From positions 33,808-97,807 of the forward strand of contig JANRIW010000020.1 of assembly GCA_033764505.1 (NCBI GenBank): a stretch of 64,000 bases of DNA. Reading direction: 5' to 3'. The stretch comes from Gemmatimonadales bacterium (GTDB lineage Bacteria; Gemmatimonadota; Gemmatimonadetes; Gemmatimonadales; GWC2-71-9). Positions 51,063 through 60,948 of this stretch are shown here, piece by piece; position 1 is the stretch's first letter; each line of letters opens with the position of its first letter. The notes below the pieces were generated by a model, which was not told the DNA's origin, searched no databases, and saw nothing but the letters and a program-made list of their open reading frames with translations. A program made the translations under genes and the position numbers.

Positions 51063-51593
51063 ATGTCCATTGTCACTCCCGCCCCGTGGGAAGCGTACGG
51101 GCTCCCCGACCACCAGCTCGCCACCATCTTCGCCGCGATCGATCGCCACGCCGTGCTGCTGCGTCGCGATCACCCCGACCTCGTGGTGCCCGGCACCGGC
51201 TGCCGCGGCCAGCACCTCATCGCGGGGCCGTTCACCGTGGGGGCACTCGCCGCCATGTGGCAGGACGCCCCCGAATGGTTCACCGGCACCTGCTCCGTGT
51301 GCGGCGGCGCCGCGCGCGGCACCCATGTGTCGGGGATGCTCGCCAACGGGGGAATCACCGGCTGGTGCCTCTCCTGCGGCGTGGCCCTCAAGCGCTTCGT
51401 GGGCGGACTGCCGCGGGTGCTGGCGCTGCTCCCCGAGGAGGCGCGCGAGCAACTCTTCAGCACCGCCCCAGGGCTGGAAATCGAGATCGATGGCGGGTTG
51501 TTCGTCACGCGACCGGCGCAGGGCGGGTGGCGGCCGCCGGCACGGGAGGTGAGTTGGGAGCCGTTGCTGGAGGTGTTGAGTCGTGAGGCGTGA
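51063..51593 (+). CDS. hypothetical protein with CxxC...CxxC zinc-ribbon-like segment
   Basis: 176 aa. CSVCGGAARG...WCLSCG. Confidence 0.5.
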   Translation: MSIVTPAPWEAYGLPDHQLATIFAAIDRHAVLLRRDHPDLVVPGTGCRGQHLIAGPFTVGALAAMWQDAPEWFTGTCSVCGGAARGTHVSGMLANGGITGWCLSCGVALKRFVGGLPRVLALLPEEAREQLFSTAPGLEIEIDGGLFVTRPAQGGWRPPAREVSWEPLLEVLSREA

Positions 51594-51805
51594 GGTCGTA
51601 GGTCGTAAGTCGTAAGTCATAGGTCGTAGGTCGAAAGCCTTGTCATCCTGAGCGTAGCCCGCGAAGCGGGCGGAGTCGAAGGACCTGCGTGATGGTGGAT
51701 GGGCCGGCGTTCTGCTCATTCTCGATCACGCAGGTCCCTCACTGCGTTCGGGATGACATTGTCATCCTCCAACATCTATCATCCATCATCTATCATCCAT
51801 CTTCC
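51581..51805. repeat. composite: GTCGTAG-type heptamers / variant element / CATCCAT-type heptamers
   Basis: Heptamers at 51581..51640. Element at 51642..51757. Then a GTCATCCT head and CATCTAT/CATCCAT units. Confidence 0.85.
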
Positions 51806-51822
51806 CCACCCCTGGAGCATCG

Positions 51823-52203
51823 ATGCCATTCAAGCCCGCAGGCTACACCTCGGTTGCACCGTACCTGATCGTCTCCGACGCGCGAGCCACCATCCGCTTC
51901 CTGCAGGCGACCTTCGACGCCGAGCTGGTGCAGGCCATCGAGGGGCCGGACGGCCGGCTGCGTCACGCCGAGGTGCGGATCGATGACACCATCGTGATGC
52001 TGGCGGATTCGGCGCCGGGATGGCCGCCGGTGCCGTCGCACGTGCACATCTACGTCCCCGATGTCGATGCGACGTTCGCGCGCGCCCTGGCCGCGGGCGG
52101 CACCGAGGTCCAGGCGCCCGAGCAGAAGGACGATCCCGATCGGCGTGGTGGGGTGAGTGATGCGGGGGGGACGACGTGGTGGGTGGCGACGAGGATGGAA
52201 TAG
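51823..52203 (+). CDS. VOC/glyoxalase-family protein
   Basis: 126 aa. YLIVSDARATIRFLQATF...HAEVRIDDTIVMLAD. Confidence 0.8.
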   Translation: MPFKPAGYTSVAPYLIVSDARATIRFLQATFDAELVQAIEGPDGRLRHAEVRIDDTIVMLADSAPGWPPVPSHVHIYVPDVDATFARALAAGGTEVQAPEQKDDPDRRGGVSDAGGTTWWVATRME

Positions 52204-52204
52204 C

Positions 52205-52478
52205 CGGTGAACGGTGAACGGTTAACGGTGAACGGGGCGCGGCCGTTGGCCGCGCGGGGTGAGGGGTGAGGGGGGCATGTCATCCTGAGCGAAGCAGCCT
52301 GAAGGGCTGCGAAGTCGAAGAGCCTGCCCTGAACGAAGTGAAGGGACCTCTCTCCGAGCGCGTCGGGAAGAGGTCCTTCGACTGCGCGACGGCTACGCCG
52401 TCGCTTCGCTCAGGATGACATTATCCATCATCCCCCTCACCCCTCACCCCTCACCGCGGCCTGACGGCCGCGGCTGAC
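52205..52478. repeat. composite: GGTGAAC heptamers, GC hairpin, enlarged GTCATCCTGAGCG element, CCCTCAC heptamers, CCGCGGCC hairpin
   Basis: Element at 52279..52419 with an extra arm. Hairpin at 52454..52473. Confidence 0.85.
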
Positions 52479-52481
52479 AAT

Positions 52482-52829
52482 TCACACCTTCCGCACAAAC
52501 TCCGACTTCAACCCCATCGACCCGACGCCGTCGATCTTGCAGTCGATGTCGTGATCGCCGTCCACGAGGCGGATGTTCTTGACCTTGGTGCCCACCTTCA
52601 CCACCAGGGAGCTCCCCTTGATCTTGAGATCCTTGATGACCGTGACGGTGTCGCCATCGGCGAGCGGCGTGCCGTTGGCGTCGCGGATCACCTTCGGTCC
52701 GTCCGCGACCTCGGCCACGGCGGCGCTCCACTCGTAGGCGCACTCGGGACAGACCAGCAGCGATCCCTGTTCGTAGGTGTAGGGGGAGTTGCAGGAGGGG
52801 CAGGGCGGGAGCGGTTGGGTGTTGGGCAT
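52482..52829 (-). CDS. phnA: PhnA-family zinc-ribbon protein
   Basis: [25 protein letters not shown], then [10 protein letters not shown]...[16 protein letters not shown]. Confidence 0.85.
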   Translation of the reverse strand: MPNTQPLPPCPSCNSPYTYEQGSLLVCPECAYEWSAAVAEVADGPKVIRDANGTPLADGDTVTVIKDLKIKGSSLVVKVGTKVKNIRLVDGDHDIDCKIDGVGSMGLKSEFVRKV

Positions 52830-52905
52830 GGGGGAAAGGTAGCCACGCCGTGACACTCTCCCGCGCAACCCTCCGTAGAGAGCGCACCTCCTTCCCGGAA
52901 CTCCC

Positions 52906-53343
52906 ATGCGCCTCCCACTTCTCCTCGCCCTGACGCTTGTCGCCACCCCGCTCACCGCCCAGAAGGCCACGCCCGATACCGCCGGCGTCCGCGCCGCCGT
53001 GCTCGATTATGTCGAGGGCGTCTACCTCGTGGCGCCTGAGCGGATCGCCCGCTCGGTGCACCCGTCGCTGGTGAAACAGGGGATGGTGCGCACCCCGGCA
53101 GGTCCATATGCGGGACCGGAGCCGATGAACTTCACCGGGTTGCATCGGATGGCCGGTAGCTGGAACAAGAGTGGTCGCGTGGACGCCAAGACGGCGCCCA
53201 AGGAGATCGCGATCTACGACGTGCAGGATGCCACCGCCGTGGCCAAGCTCACCGCGTCGTGGGGGACCGACTATTTCCTGCTCGCCAAGCTCGAGGGAAA
53301 GTGGATGATCATGCAGATCTTGTGGCAGACGCCGATGCCGTGA
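52906..53343 (+). CDS. secreted NTF2-like (putative lumazine-binding type) protein
   Basis: Signal peptide [28 protein letters not shown]...[10 protein letters not shown]. Confidence 0.6.
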   Translation: MRLPLLLALTLVATPLTAQKATPDTAGVRAAVLDYVEGVYLVAPERIARSVHPSLVKQGMVRTPAGPYAGPEPMNFTGLHRMAGSWNKSGRVDAKTAPKEIAIYDVQDATAVAKLTASWGTDYFLLAKLEGKWMIMQILWQTPMP

Positions 53344-53344
53344 G

Positions 53345-53780
53345 CGGCGAACAGCGAACAGCGAACGGCGATCAGGGATGATCGATGATCGATGATCGGT
53401 GATCGAGAAGCGAGAAGCGAGAAGCGAGAAGCGAGAAGCATGGGCGGGCTCGGCGCTGGGTGTCCTTCGCAGCGGCTCCAAGGGCGGCGAGCCCTCACCC
53501 TGGGTCGGAGTGTCGATTGCGGCGCCCCCGGCGTGCTGTATAGGGGGCGACGCGGCGAGCCGCTTTGGAGTCCGCGAGAACGGACACCCCAGGTCGAGCC
53601 CGCTGTACGGAACATCCCGGCCCATTCGTCATCACGCAGGTCCCTTCACTTCGTTCAGGGCAGGCTCTTCGACTTCGCGCCGGCTGCGCCGTCGCTTCGC
53701 TCAGGATGACAACGCTTGGGCTGCTCCGCTCAGGATGACAACCCGGTAACTGTTCGCCGTTCGCTGTTCACCGTTCGCTG
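53345..53780. repeat. 436-nt composite: heptamers, palindromic element copy, partial GTCATCCTGAGCG elements, heptamers
   Basis: CGAACAG/GATGATC/GAGAAGC units. Palindromic element at 53439..53621. CGCTCAGGATGAC tails at about 53690..53740. TGTTCGC/CGTTCAC units. Confidence 0.85.
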
Positions 53781-53888
53781 CCCCCCAAAGTCAGCCCTTC
53801 CGTTCAATCCCCACCCCACTCCGATCATGAGATTGGCTGCACACCAGATGTGCGGCCCCCTGCCGCGTCTCATGCTCTCGGAGGATTC

Positions 53889-54587
53889 ATGCGCTACCTC
53901 ATCCTGTCCGCCCTCGCGCTCGCCGCGGCCCCGACCCTCGCGGCCCAGGCGCCGAGCACGCCGCGCGCCAAGCCGTCCTTCTCGCTGACCCTCGCCGGGC
54001 TCCGGCCGGTCGGCGCCCTCGGCGACAACATCGCCTCCGGATACGGCGGCTTCGCCGGTGTGCTGGTGCCGCTCACCCAGAGCGGCTGGCTCTCCCTCCG
54101 CGGTGATATCGGGCTGGCCCAGTACGGCAGCGATTCCCGCCGCACCGCCTTCAGCGAGACGGTCGGCGACCGCGTGGAGGTGAAGGTCCGCACCGCCAAC
54201 ATGATCATGCCCGCAAGCGTCGGCCTCCAGCTGGCCGCGCCCTCCGGCGCAATTCGGCCGTACGTCCACACCGGGATCGGTGCCCAGGCCTTCTACACCG
54301 AGAGCAGTGTCGGCTCGGTCAACGGCGGCATGCCGCTGCTCAGCGACGTCAACCAGTCGGACGTGACGTTCGCATGGACCTTCGGCGGGGGCGTGACGAT
54401 GCCGCTCGTGAACGGCCGCATGCGCGTGCTGCTCGATGTCAGCGCGCAGTACATCCACGGCGGCACCGCCGAGTACCTGGCACCCGGCAGCATCACCGAT
54501 CTCCCGGGTGGTCGGATCAGCATCACGCCGATGGAATCCGCCACGCACTTCATGGCGTTCCGCGTCGGCGCGAGGATCGGCCGATGA
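53889..54587 (+). CDS. outer-membrane beta-barrel protein
   Basis: ATG after GGAGGA. Signal peptide ending TLAAQA. Beta-strand pattern ending FMAFRVGARIGR. Confidence 0.6.
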   Translation: MRYLILSALALAAAPTLAAQAPSTPRAKPSFSLTLAGLRPVGALGDNIASGYGGFAGVLVPLTQSGWLSLRGDIGLAQYGSDSRRTAFSETVGDRVEVKVRTANMIMPASVGLQLAAPSGAIRPYVHTGIGAQAFYTESSVGSVNGGMPLLSDVNQSDVTFAWTFGGGVTMPLVNGRMRVLLDVSAQYIHGGTAEYLAPGSITDLPGGRISITPMESATHFMAFRVGARIGR

Positions 54588-55495
54588 CCCGCCGCGGCCA
54601 CCGGGTGCTCGCCGCGCTGCTGCTCCTGGTGGCCGTGGCCGTCACGGCCACCACCCTCGAGGCGCGGCGCGACGAGCAGCATCGCCGCGCCAACCCGATG
54701 CAGGGCGCGCTGATCGACATCGGCGGGCGTCGCCTCCACCTGCAGTGCCTCGGCAGCGGCCACCCCACCGTGTTCCTCCTCCCCGGCGCGGGCGAGACCT
54801 CGGCCGTGTGGGCGCGCATCGCCCCCACCGTCGCAAAGACGAGCCGCGCCTGCATGCACGATCGGGCCGGCCGCGGGTGGAGCGATCCCGCGCCGGCACC
54901 GCAAGACGGCGCGGCGCTCGCCGCCGATCTGCACGCGCTGCTGCTGCGCGCCCACATCGACGGCCCCGTGGTGCTCGTCGGCCATTCCCTCGGCGGACTC
55001 TACGCGCGGATCCACGCGGCACGGTACCCGGCCGACGTGGCGGGGATGGTCCTGCTCGACGCCACGCACGCGGAGATGTTCACGCGCGTCCCGATCTACC
55101 CGGCGATCTACTGGGCCTATCGCGGCTTCACCACGCTCCTCCCCACGCTCGCCCGCCTCGGCGTGCTCCGCGCACCAGACGCCACGCCGGCGCTGGCACG
55201 CAGTCAGCGCGACGAGTGGGCAGCCATCCCCGTCGTGATGCACCAGGCCGCGGCCACGCCGACGCTCGGCGACCTGCCGCTGGTGGTGGTCACGGCGCTG
55301 CGCGACCAGATGGAGCAATGGCTGCCGCTGCAGCGCGAACTGGTGGCCCTCTCAAGCAACAGCGTGCACCGAGTCCTGGAGCATGCGACCCACATGTCGC
55401 TGCTGGACAGTGCCGCCGATGCCGCCATCTCGGTCAAGGCCATCGTGGATGTGATTCAGGCGGTCCGCACCGGAAAGCCGCTGCGCGGCCCCTGA
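54584..55495 (+). CDS. alpha/beta-fold hydrolase
   Basis: ATGA overlap. Nucleophile elbow LVGHSLGG, HPTVFLLPGAG, C-terminal HMSLLD. Confidence 0.85.
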   Translation: MTRRGHRVLAALLLLVAVAVTATTLEARRDEQHRRANPMQGALIDIGGRRLHLQCLGSGHPTVFLLPGAGETSAVWARIAPTVAKTSRACMHDRAGRGWSDPAPAPQDGAALAADLHALLLRAHIDGPVVLVGHSLGGLYARIHAARYPADVAGMVLLDATHAEMFTRVPIYPAIYWAYRGFTTLLPTLARLGVLRAPDATPALARSQRDEWAAIPVVMHQAAATPTLGDLPLVVVTALRDQMEQWLPLQRELVALSSNSVHRVLEHATHMSLLDSAADAAISVKAIVDVIQAVRTGKPLRGP

Positions 55496-55612
55496 ATCGG
55501 GGCCCAGAAGTCAGCCCTTTCGTTCAATCCGCCAGCCGCCCGGCGCCGCAACTTCCCTGCAGTTGATCGCAGCACGGTGGTTGCCCTGTCCCCCTGACCT
55601 ACGGAGTACCCG

Positions 55613-56038
55613 ATGCGCTCGTCGATTCGCTTCACTGCCGCCCTGTTCACCGCCGCGCTCCTGGGCGGCTGCATGATGCTGATGCGCCCCCCCGCCGACT
55701 CCGAGTTCGGCCGCACCCGGGTCGGTACGGCTGGCGTCTATCGCGCCACGATCAAGCCGGCCGGCGACACCATCCCGAAGGGAACGCTGCAGCAGTGGAC
55801 GCTGCACCTCGAGACCGTCTCGGGCGCCCCGGTCGATTCGGCCCGGATCACCGTCGACGGCGGGATGCCGCAGCATGGTCACGGCCTGCCGACCAAGCCG
55901 CAGGTGACCACGGTCCTCGGTCAGGGCGACCACCTGGTCGAGGGGATGAAGTTCAACATGGGTGGCTGGTGGGTCGTGAAGTTCCGCATCGCGGCCGCCG
56001 CTGGCGCCGACACCGTCGTCTTCAACCTCAAGCTGTGA
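55613..56038 (+). CDS. lipoprotein (YtkA/FixH-like beta-sandwich suspected)
   Basis: Lipobox ALLGGCM. GGMPQHGHGLP and MGGWWVVKF motifs. Confidence 0.55.
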   Translation: MRSSIRFTAALFTAALLGGCMMLMRPPADSEFGRTRVGTAGVYRATIKPAGDTIPKGTLQQWTLHLETVSGAPVDSARITVDGGMPQHGHGLPTKPQVTTVLGQGDHLVEGMKFNMGGWWVVKFRIAAAAGADTVVFNLKL

Positions 56039-56046
56039 GGTCGCCG

Positions 56047-57336
56047 ATGACCCCGACCAACCGCCCTCGCGTGATGCACTCGCTGCACGCCACCGGCATC
56101 GGCCTCGCGCTCGGCATCCTGGCCCTGGCCCCCGCGCTCGCGCGCTCGGATGCGCAGGCGCCGTGGACGGCCGAGGAGCGCACCGTGCTGCGTTCGCTGT
56201 CGCTGTCGAGCCTGGCACCGTTGCCGAGTGATCGCTCCAACAAGTACGGCGACAACCCGGCCGCCAGCCGTCTCGGCAATCAGCTCTTCAACGACCCGCG
56301 GTTGAGCAGCGACGGGCGTGTCTCGTGCGCCACCTGCCATGTGGCCGAGAAGGGATTCCAGGATGACATCCCGCTCGGCAAGGGTGTGGGCACGGCTGGC
56401 CGTCGCACCATGCCGATTGCCGGCACCGCGCACAGCCCGTGGCAATTCTGGGATGGTCGCGCCGACAGTCACTGGGCGCAGGCGCTCGGTCCGCTCGAGA
56501 GTGCGGTCGAGCATGGTGGGGATCGGCTGCAGTATGTCCGGATCATCCAGCAGCACTATCGCCGCGAGTACGAGGCGCTCTTCGGTGCGCTTCCCGACCT
56601 GCAGGGGCTTCCCGAGCGCGCCGGGCCGGTGGCCGACTCTGCACGTGCCAATGCCTGGGCGCGGATCGCGCCGGCGCGTCGCGACTCCATCTCCCGCGTC
56701 TACGCCAACATGGGGAAGGCGATCGCCGCCTTCGAGCGGCAGGTTGCCTTCACGCCGACGCGCTTCGACCGCTATGTGGACGCCGAGCTGGCCGGCCGTG
56801 CCGCGCTGCCGGGCGACACCTTCTCCGCGGATGAGCGCGCCGGGTTGCGGCTCTTCATCGGCAAGGCCAACTGCGTCAACTGCCACAACGGGCCGTTGCT
56901 CACCGACAATCACTTCCACAACACCGGCGTTCCGCAGTCGCGTGATGGCACTGCGGCCGATAGCGGACGCGCCACGGGCGTGCGCGCCGTGATGGCGAGC
57001 GAGTTCAACTGCCTCAGCCATTACAGCGACGCCAAGCCGTCGGACTGCAGTGAGCTGCGGTTCGCGGTGACGGAGGGTGAGGAGCTGGTGCGCGCCTACA
57101 AGACGCCGTCGCTCCGCAACGCGGTGTTGCGCGCGCCGTTCATGCACGCGGGCCAGCTCGCCTCGATCCAGATGGTGCTGCTCCACTACAACCGCGCGCC
57201 GAAGGCGCCGGCCGGTCACAGCGAACTGAAGCGCCTGGGCCTCTCCGGCACCGAGGTGCGGCAGCTCGGCGCGTTCCTCCACACGCTGGTGAGTCCGGTG
57301 GCGTTCCCGGCACCGGTTGCCTCCTACACCCCCTGA
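56047..57336 (+). CDS. di-haem cytochrome c peroxidase (CCP/MauG family)
   Basis: Two CxxCH motifs (CATCH, CVNCH). FNDPRLS and TPSLRNAVLRAPFMHAG motifs. Confidence 0.9.
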   Translation: MTPTNRPRVMHSLHATGIGLALGILALAPALARSDAQAPWTAEERTVLRSLSLSSLAPLPSDRSNKYGDNPAASRLGNQLFNDPRLSSDGRVSCATCHVAEKGFQDDIPLGKGVGTAGRRTMPIAGTAHSPWQFWDGRADSHWAQALGPLESAVEHGGDRLQYVRIIQQHYRREYEALFGALPDLQGLPERAGPVADSARANAWARIAPARRDSISRVYANMGKAIAAFERQVAFTPTRFDRYVDAELAGRAALPGDTFSADERAGLRLFIGKANCVNCHNGPLLTDNHFHNTGVPQSRDGTAADSGRATGVRAVMASEFNCLSHYSDAKPSDCSELRFAVTEGEELVRAYKTPSLRNAVLRAPFMHAGQLASIQMVLLHYNRAPKAPAGHSELKRLGLSGTEVRQLGAFLHTLVSPVAFPAPVASYTP

Positions 57337-57350
57337 CCGAGACCACACCA

Positions 57351-58010
57351 ATGCCCATTGCCTTCCGTCATCGCGAGGACCCGGTGCCCTCGATGAGCAC
57401 CATCCCAGGCCTGATGATCTACCAGGAGCGCGACGCCGCGCGTATGGCGGCACTTCAGGGACGCAGCGACGCCGAGATCCACGCGCGCTTTGCGGCCGGT
57501 CACCGCGCCTACATCGCCTCGCTCGATGGTGTGGCGGCGGCGTGGGGCTGGGTCGCCACCGCGAGTGCCACCATTGGCGAGCTCGAGGCCCAGTTCACGG
57601 TCGCGTCCGGTGAGCGCTACCTCTGGAACTTCGTGACCGTCGCGGCCTTTCGCGGACGAGGGATCTACCCGCGACTGATTGCCGGGATCGTCGAGATCGA
57701 ATCGGCGGAGGCGGAGCGCTTCTGGATTGCGTACGCGCCGGAGAACCATGCGTCGGGGGCGGGGATCCGGAAGGCGGGCTTCGAGCTCGTCGCCGAGCTG
57801 TCGTTCGATGGGGCGGGGACGCCGGTGGTGAAGGAGCTGATGCCGGATGGCGGTCGAATGGCGGCGGTGCTGCTCGGGCTTCCTGAGAGCCGTGATGCGG
57901 TGGCACTCTGCTGGAAGTGTGTGCGGGCCAAGCGGCCGAATCCGATGTCGTGTGCGGCGGGCGCGTGTGCCTGCGACTATCAGCGTCCCGAGACGGAGTG
58001 TGCGGCATGA
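57351..58010 (+). CDS. GNAT-family N-acetyltransferase with Cys-rich C-terminal tail
   Basis: FVTVAAFRGRGIYPRL acetyl-CoA motif. Tail CWKCVRAKRPNPMSCAAGACACDYQRPETEC. Confidence 0.7.
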   Translation: MPIAFRHREDPVPSMSTIPGLMIYQERDAARMAALQGRSDAEIHARFAAGHRAYIASLDGVAAAWGWVATASATIGELEAQFTVASGERYLWNFVTVAAFRGRGIYPRLIAGIVEIESAEAERFWIAYAPENHASGAGIRKAGFELVAELSFDGAGTPVVKELMPDGGRMAAVLLGLPESRDAVALCWKCVRAKRPNPMSCAAGACACDYQRPETECAA

Positions 58011-59059
58011 ACACGCTCGTGGAGCAGCATGCGTCGGCGATCGCCGCACCAACACGGGTCGAGCGCTTCGAGACCGTCGTGATCGGGGCTGGTCAGGCTG
58101 GATTGTCCGTTGGCTATCACCTGGCGCGGCAGGACGCCGACTTCGTCATCCTCGATCGGGCCGCCACGCCCGGCGAGAGCTGGCGCACGCGGTGGGATTC
58201 GCTGCAGCTCTTCACGCCGGCGCGGTACAGCTCGCTGCCGGGGATGCCGTTCCCGGCGCCGCCGAATCACCTGCCGGACAAGGACGAGGTCGCCGCGTAC
58301 CTGACGGCGTATGCTGCGCGCTTCGAGCTGCCGGTGCGGGGCAATGCTCCCGTTGACGCGCTCGACTGGGATGGGACGCGCTTCCGTCTCACGCTTGGGG
58401 CTCAGCGGATCGAGGCCGATCAGGTGGTGGTGGCCACCGGGGCCTTTGCCAAGCCGATGGTGCCGGACGGTGCGTCACGGCTCGCGCCTCGCATCACGCA
58501 ACTGACGTCGCTGGAGTACCGGAATCCGTTCGGGCTTCCCGCGGGGCCGGTGCTCGTGGTTGGTGCGGGCAACTCCGGCACCCAGATCGCGCTCGAAGTC
58601 TCGCGCTTCCGGAAGGTGTGGCTTGCCGGCCGCGAGACCGGCTACTGGCCGCGCCGCGTCCTGGGCCGCGACCTCTTCGACTGGATCTGGCCGGTGATCA
58701 CGCGGCTGCCGCTCGACACCCGCCTCGGTCGGCGGATCACCCGCGGCACTGGTGGCGACGCGCTGATTGGCATTCCGCGCGAATCGATCGCGGCGGCGGG
58801 GATCGTCCGTGTCGGGCGCTTCACCGGCGCAACCGAGGGGATGCCGATCTGTGGCGACGAGGTGCTCGAGCCGGCGACGATCATCTGGTGCACCGGGCTC
58901 AAGCCGGTGCATGATTGGATCAACGTCTCCCACGACACGCCCGGTCTCCACTTTGTCGGGTTGCAGCAGCAGCGCCGGATTGCGTCGGCCCTGGTGGGTG
59001 GCGTGGGGGCCGACGCCGAACTGGTGGCGGCGGCGGTCATGCGGGGGGTGGCGGTCTAG
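58007..59059 (+). CDS. FAD/NAD(P)-dependent flavin monooxygenase-like oxidoreductase
   Basis: ATGA overlap. VVIGAGQAGLSVG and VLVVGAGNSGTQIA dinucleotide motifs. Confidence 0.85.
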   Translation: MNTLVEQHASAIAAPTRVERFETVVIGAGQAGLSVGYHLARQDADFVILDRAATPGESWRTRWDSLQLFTPARYSSLPGMPFPAPPNHLPDKDEVAAYLTAYAARFELPVRGNAPVDALDWDGTRFRLTLGAQRIEADQVVVATGAFAKPMVPDGASRLAPRITQLTSLEYRNPFGLPAGPVLVVGAGNSGTQIALEVSRFRKVWLAGRETGYWPRRVLGRDLFDWIWPVITRLPLDTRLGRRITRGTGGDALIGIPRESIAAAGIVRVGRFTGATEGMPICGDEVLEPATIIWCTGLKPVHDWINVSHDTPGLHFVGLQQQRRIASALVGGVGADAELVAAAVMRGVAV

Positions 59060-59112
59060 CGCGCCGGCGCGTCGCGTGTACACTCTATCTCCCCCCCTGA
59101 GATGGAGCCGGC

Positions 59113-59895
59113 GTGACGGAAGTGCATGGCGGAGTCGGGCGATTCGTGTCGTGGGATGGCGGCTGTCTCTTCATCGGCGAGAAGGTCGGCCTCGTCCCGC
59201 CGCATTCCCACTATGCCATCCAGGTGGTCTTCGGCTCCGAGCCCGGCGTGAAGCTGAGCCCGGATGCCGAGTCGCCTTGGCAGGCGTATGGTGGTGCCAT
59301 CATCGCCTCGCGCCAGCCGCATACGATGGACGCGCACGGCCTCCCCGTGAATGCGGTGATGTTTGTGGAACCGGAGACGCGCGAGGGGCGTGCGCTGATC
59401 GAGCATCATCTCGATCAGGGGATCACGCCGATGCCCGAGTCGTTCTATGCCCAGCGCGGCGAAGTCTTCGAGCAATATTTCAAGGGTGATAACGACGCAT
59501 TGGTCGCGGCGGCGCGTCAGTTCCTGAGCGTGCTCACCGATGGCGTGCAGCCGCAGATGGTCACCGACGAACGGATCCTCCGCGCGGTGCGCTACATCAA
59601 CCTGCACCTCACGCGGCCGCTGACGCTCGAGGAGGTGGCGCGCGAGGCGTGTCTCTCGCCGAGTCGGTGCCGGCACCTGCTCGTGGAGCAGCTGGGGATG
59701 GGGCTGCGGCACTACGTGTTGTGGCGGCGCTTCCTCCGCGTGTGGCAGCTGCTGTCGGAAGGCGCTTCGCTCTCGGAAGCGGCCCACGCGGCGGGCTTTG
59801 CCGATGCGCCGCATCTGGCCCGCACGTCGCGCCGGAACTTCGGCTTTCCGCCGTCGATGATGATCGTGGGGCCGAAGAAGGAGCCGACGCCGTAG
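59113..59895 (+). CDS. AraC-family transcriptional regulator
   Basis: GTG start. C-terminal double HTH LTLEEVAREACLSPSRCRHLL ... AAHAAGFADAPHLARTSRRNFG. Confidence 0.8.
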   Translation: MTEVHGGVGRFVSWDGGCLFIGEKVGLVPPHSHYAIQVVFGSEPGVKLSPDAESPWQAYGGAIIASRQPHTMDAHGLPVNAVMFVEPETREGRALIEHHLDQGITPMPESFYAQRGEVFEQYFKGDNDALVAAARQFLSVLTDGVQPQMVTDERILRAVRYINLHLTRPLTLEEVAREACLSPSRCRHLLVEQLGMGLRHYVLWRRFLRVWQLLSEGASLSEAAHAAGFADAPHLARTSRRNFGFPPSMMIVGPKKEPTP

Positions 59896-59896
59896 G

Positions 59897-60177
59897 CGGC
59901 GAACGGCGAACGGCGAACAGCGAACGGCGATGATCGATGATCGATGATCGATGATCGAGATATTGTCATCCTGAGCGAAGCGTTCTCCAAGGTTTGTCAT
60001 CCTGAGCGAAGCAGCCTGAAAGGCTGCGCAGTCGAAGGACCTCTATCTACGTGCTCCGGAGAGAGGTCCTTCGACTGCGCGCCGGCTGCGCCGTCGCTTC
60101 GCTCAGGATGACAATCCGTTGAGCACGGCATCGACCATCGATCATCGACCATCGATCATCCATCATCCATCATCGAC
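59897..60177. repeat. composite with double-headed GTCATCCTGAGCG element
   Basis: CGAACGG/GATGATC heptamers. Element at 59965..60112 with two GTCATCCTGAGCGAAGC heads. Then ATCGACC/ATCATCC heptamers. Confidence 0.85.
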
Positions 60178-60192
60178 CGTCTACATTCCCCC

Positions 60193-60948
60193 ATGCCTCT
60201 CTCCCTCCGCACCGATCTCGGCCCCATCACCACGCTCGACGATTGGGCCGCCGCCATCCCCCCCAAGCAGTGGAAGGACGGCCGCAGCGCGCGCGAGTTG
60301 GCTCGCGCCTGGTGGCCCACCGCGCGCCGGCCCGCCGAGCCGGCGGAGTTCGCCGCGCTGCTCGACAGCGGCGGCTTCGTTGGCTTGACGCTGGACACGG
60401 TGCACGTCCATGCCGCCATCCTGGTCGACGACACCACCTGGCATGCCGACCTGGCCATCCACGCGCACTGCGAAGATGGTCCGCTCGCCATCGTGGTCGA
60501 GGCCGTGGCCGATGAGCGCTTCGGCGACCGGCTCGGCAACGTGCTGGTCGACGCGGCCCGCCAGATCGGCCGCGACGAGCCGTCGCCCGTGGTCGAGCGC
60601 GTGCAACGGCGGGCCGCGGCCCTGCTGCCGCCGTGGAAGGCCGGGCTGCCGCACCTCGAGGAGCTGCGCCACGACCTGCTGATGGGCGCAGCCGCCACGA
60701 TGGCGTTCGCCACCTCGATCGGTGCCACGCGCGCCCTCTATATAGTGCACGAGCTGGTGCATCTCGATCGCACCAAGGAATCGGATCGGCGGAAGAACCG
60801 CGAGGACCTCGATCTGCTGGTGCGGCGGTTGAGTCACGGCGAGGAGGAGCGGCTCACGCGCGGGGTGCTGCTCGGCTCGACGCTGGTGCCCGGGTATCCG
60901 GAGATCCCGCTGCAAGTGGGGAAGGCGAGGCGGGATTTGGACAGGTGA
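60193..60948 (+). CDS. hypothetical protein
   Basis: 251-aa ORF with balanced composition. HADLAIHAHCEDGPLAIVVEAVADERFG faintly resembles a nuclease core but lacks the Lys. Confidence 0.55.
   Translation: MPLSLRTDLGPITTLDDWAAAIPPKQWKDGRSARELARAWWPTARRPAEPAEFAALLDSGGFVGLTLDTVHVHAAILVDDTTWHADLAIHAHCEDGPLAIVVEAVADERFGDRLGNVLVDAARQIGRDEPSPVVERVQRRAAALLPPWKAGLPHLEELRHDLLMGAAATMAFATSIGATRALYIVHELVHLDRTKESDRRKNREDLDLLVRRLSHGEEERLTRGVLLGSTLVPGYPEIPLQVGKARRDLDR

Noticed and set aside
53399-53749. ORFs with near-identical peptides (also 19082..19363 minus and 10308..10586 plus) that look like a small gene family
   Set aside because: The similarity comes from copies of the ~180-nt palindromic DNA element read in frame. 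There is no start context, and the ORFs occur in both orientations.
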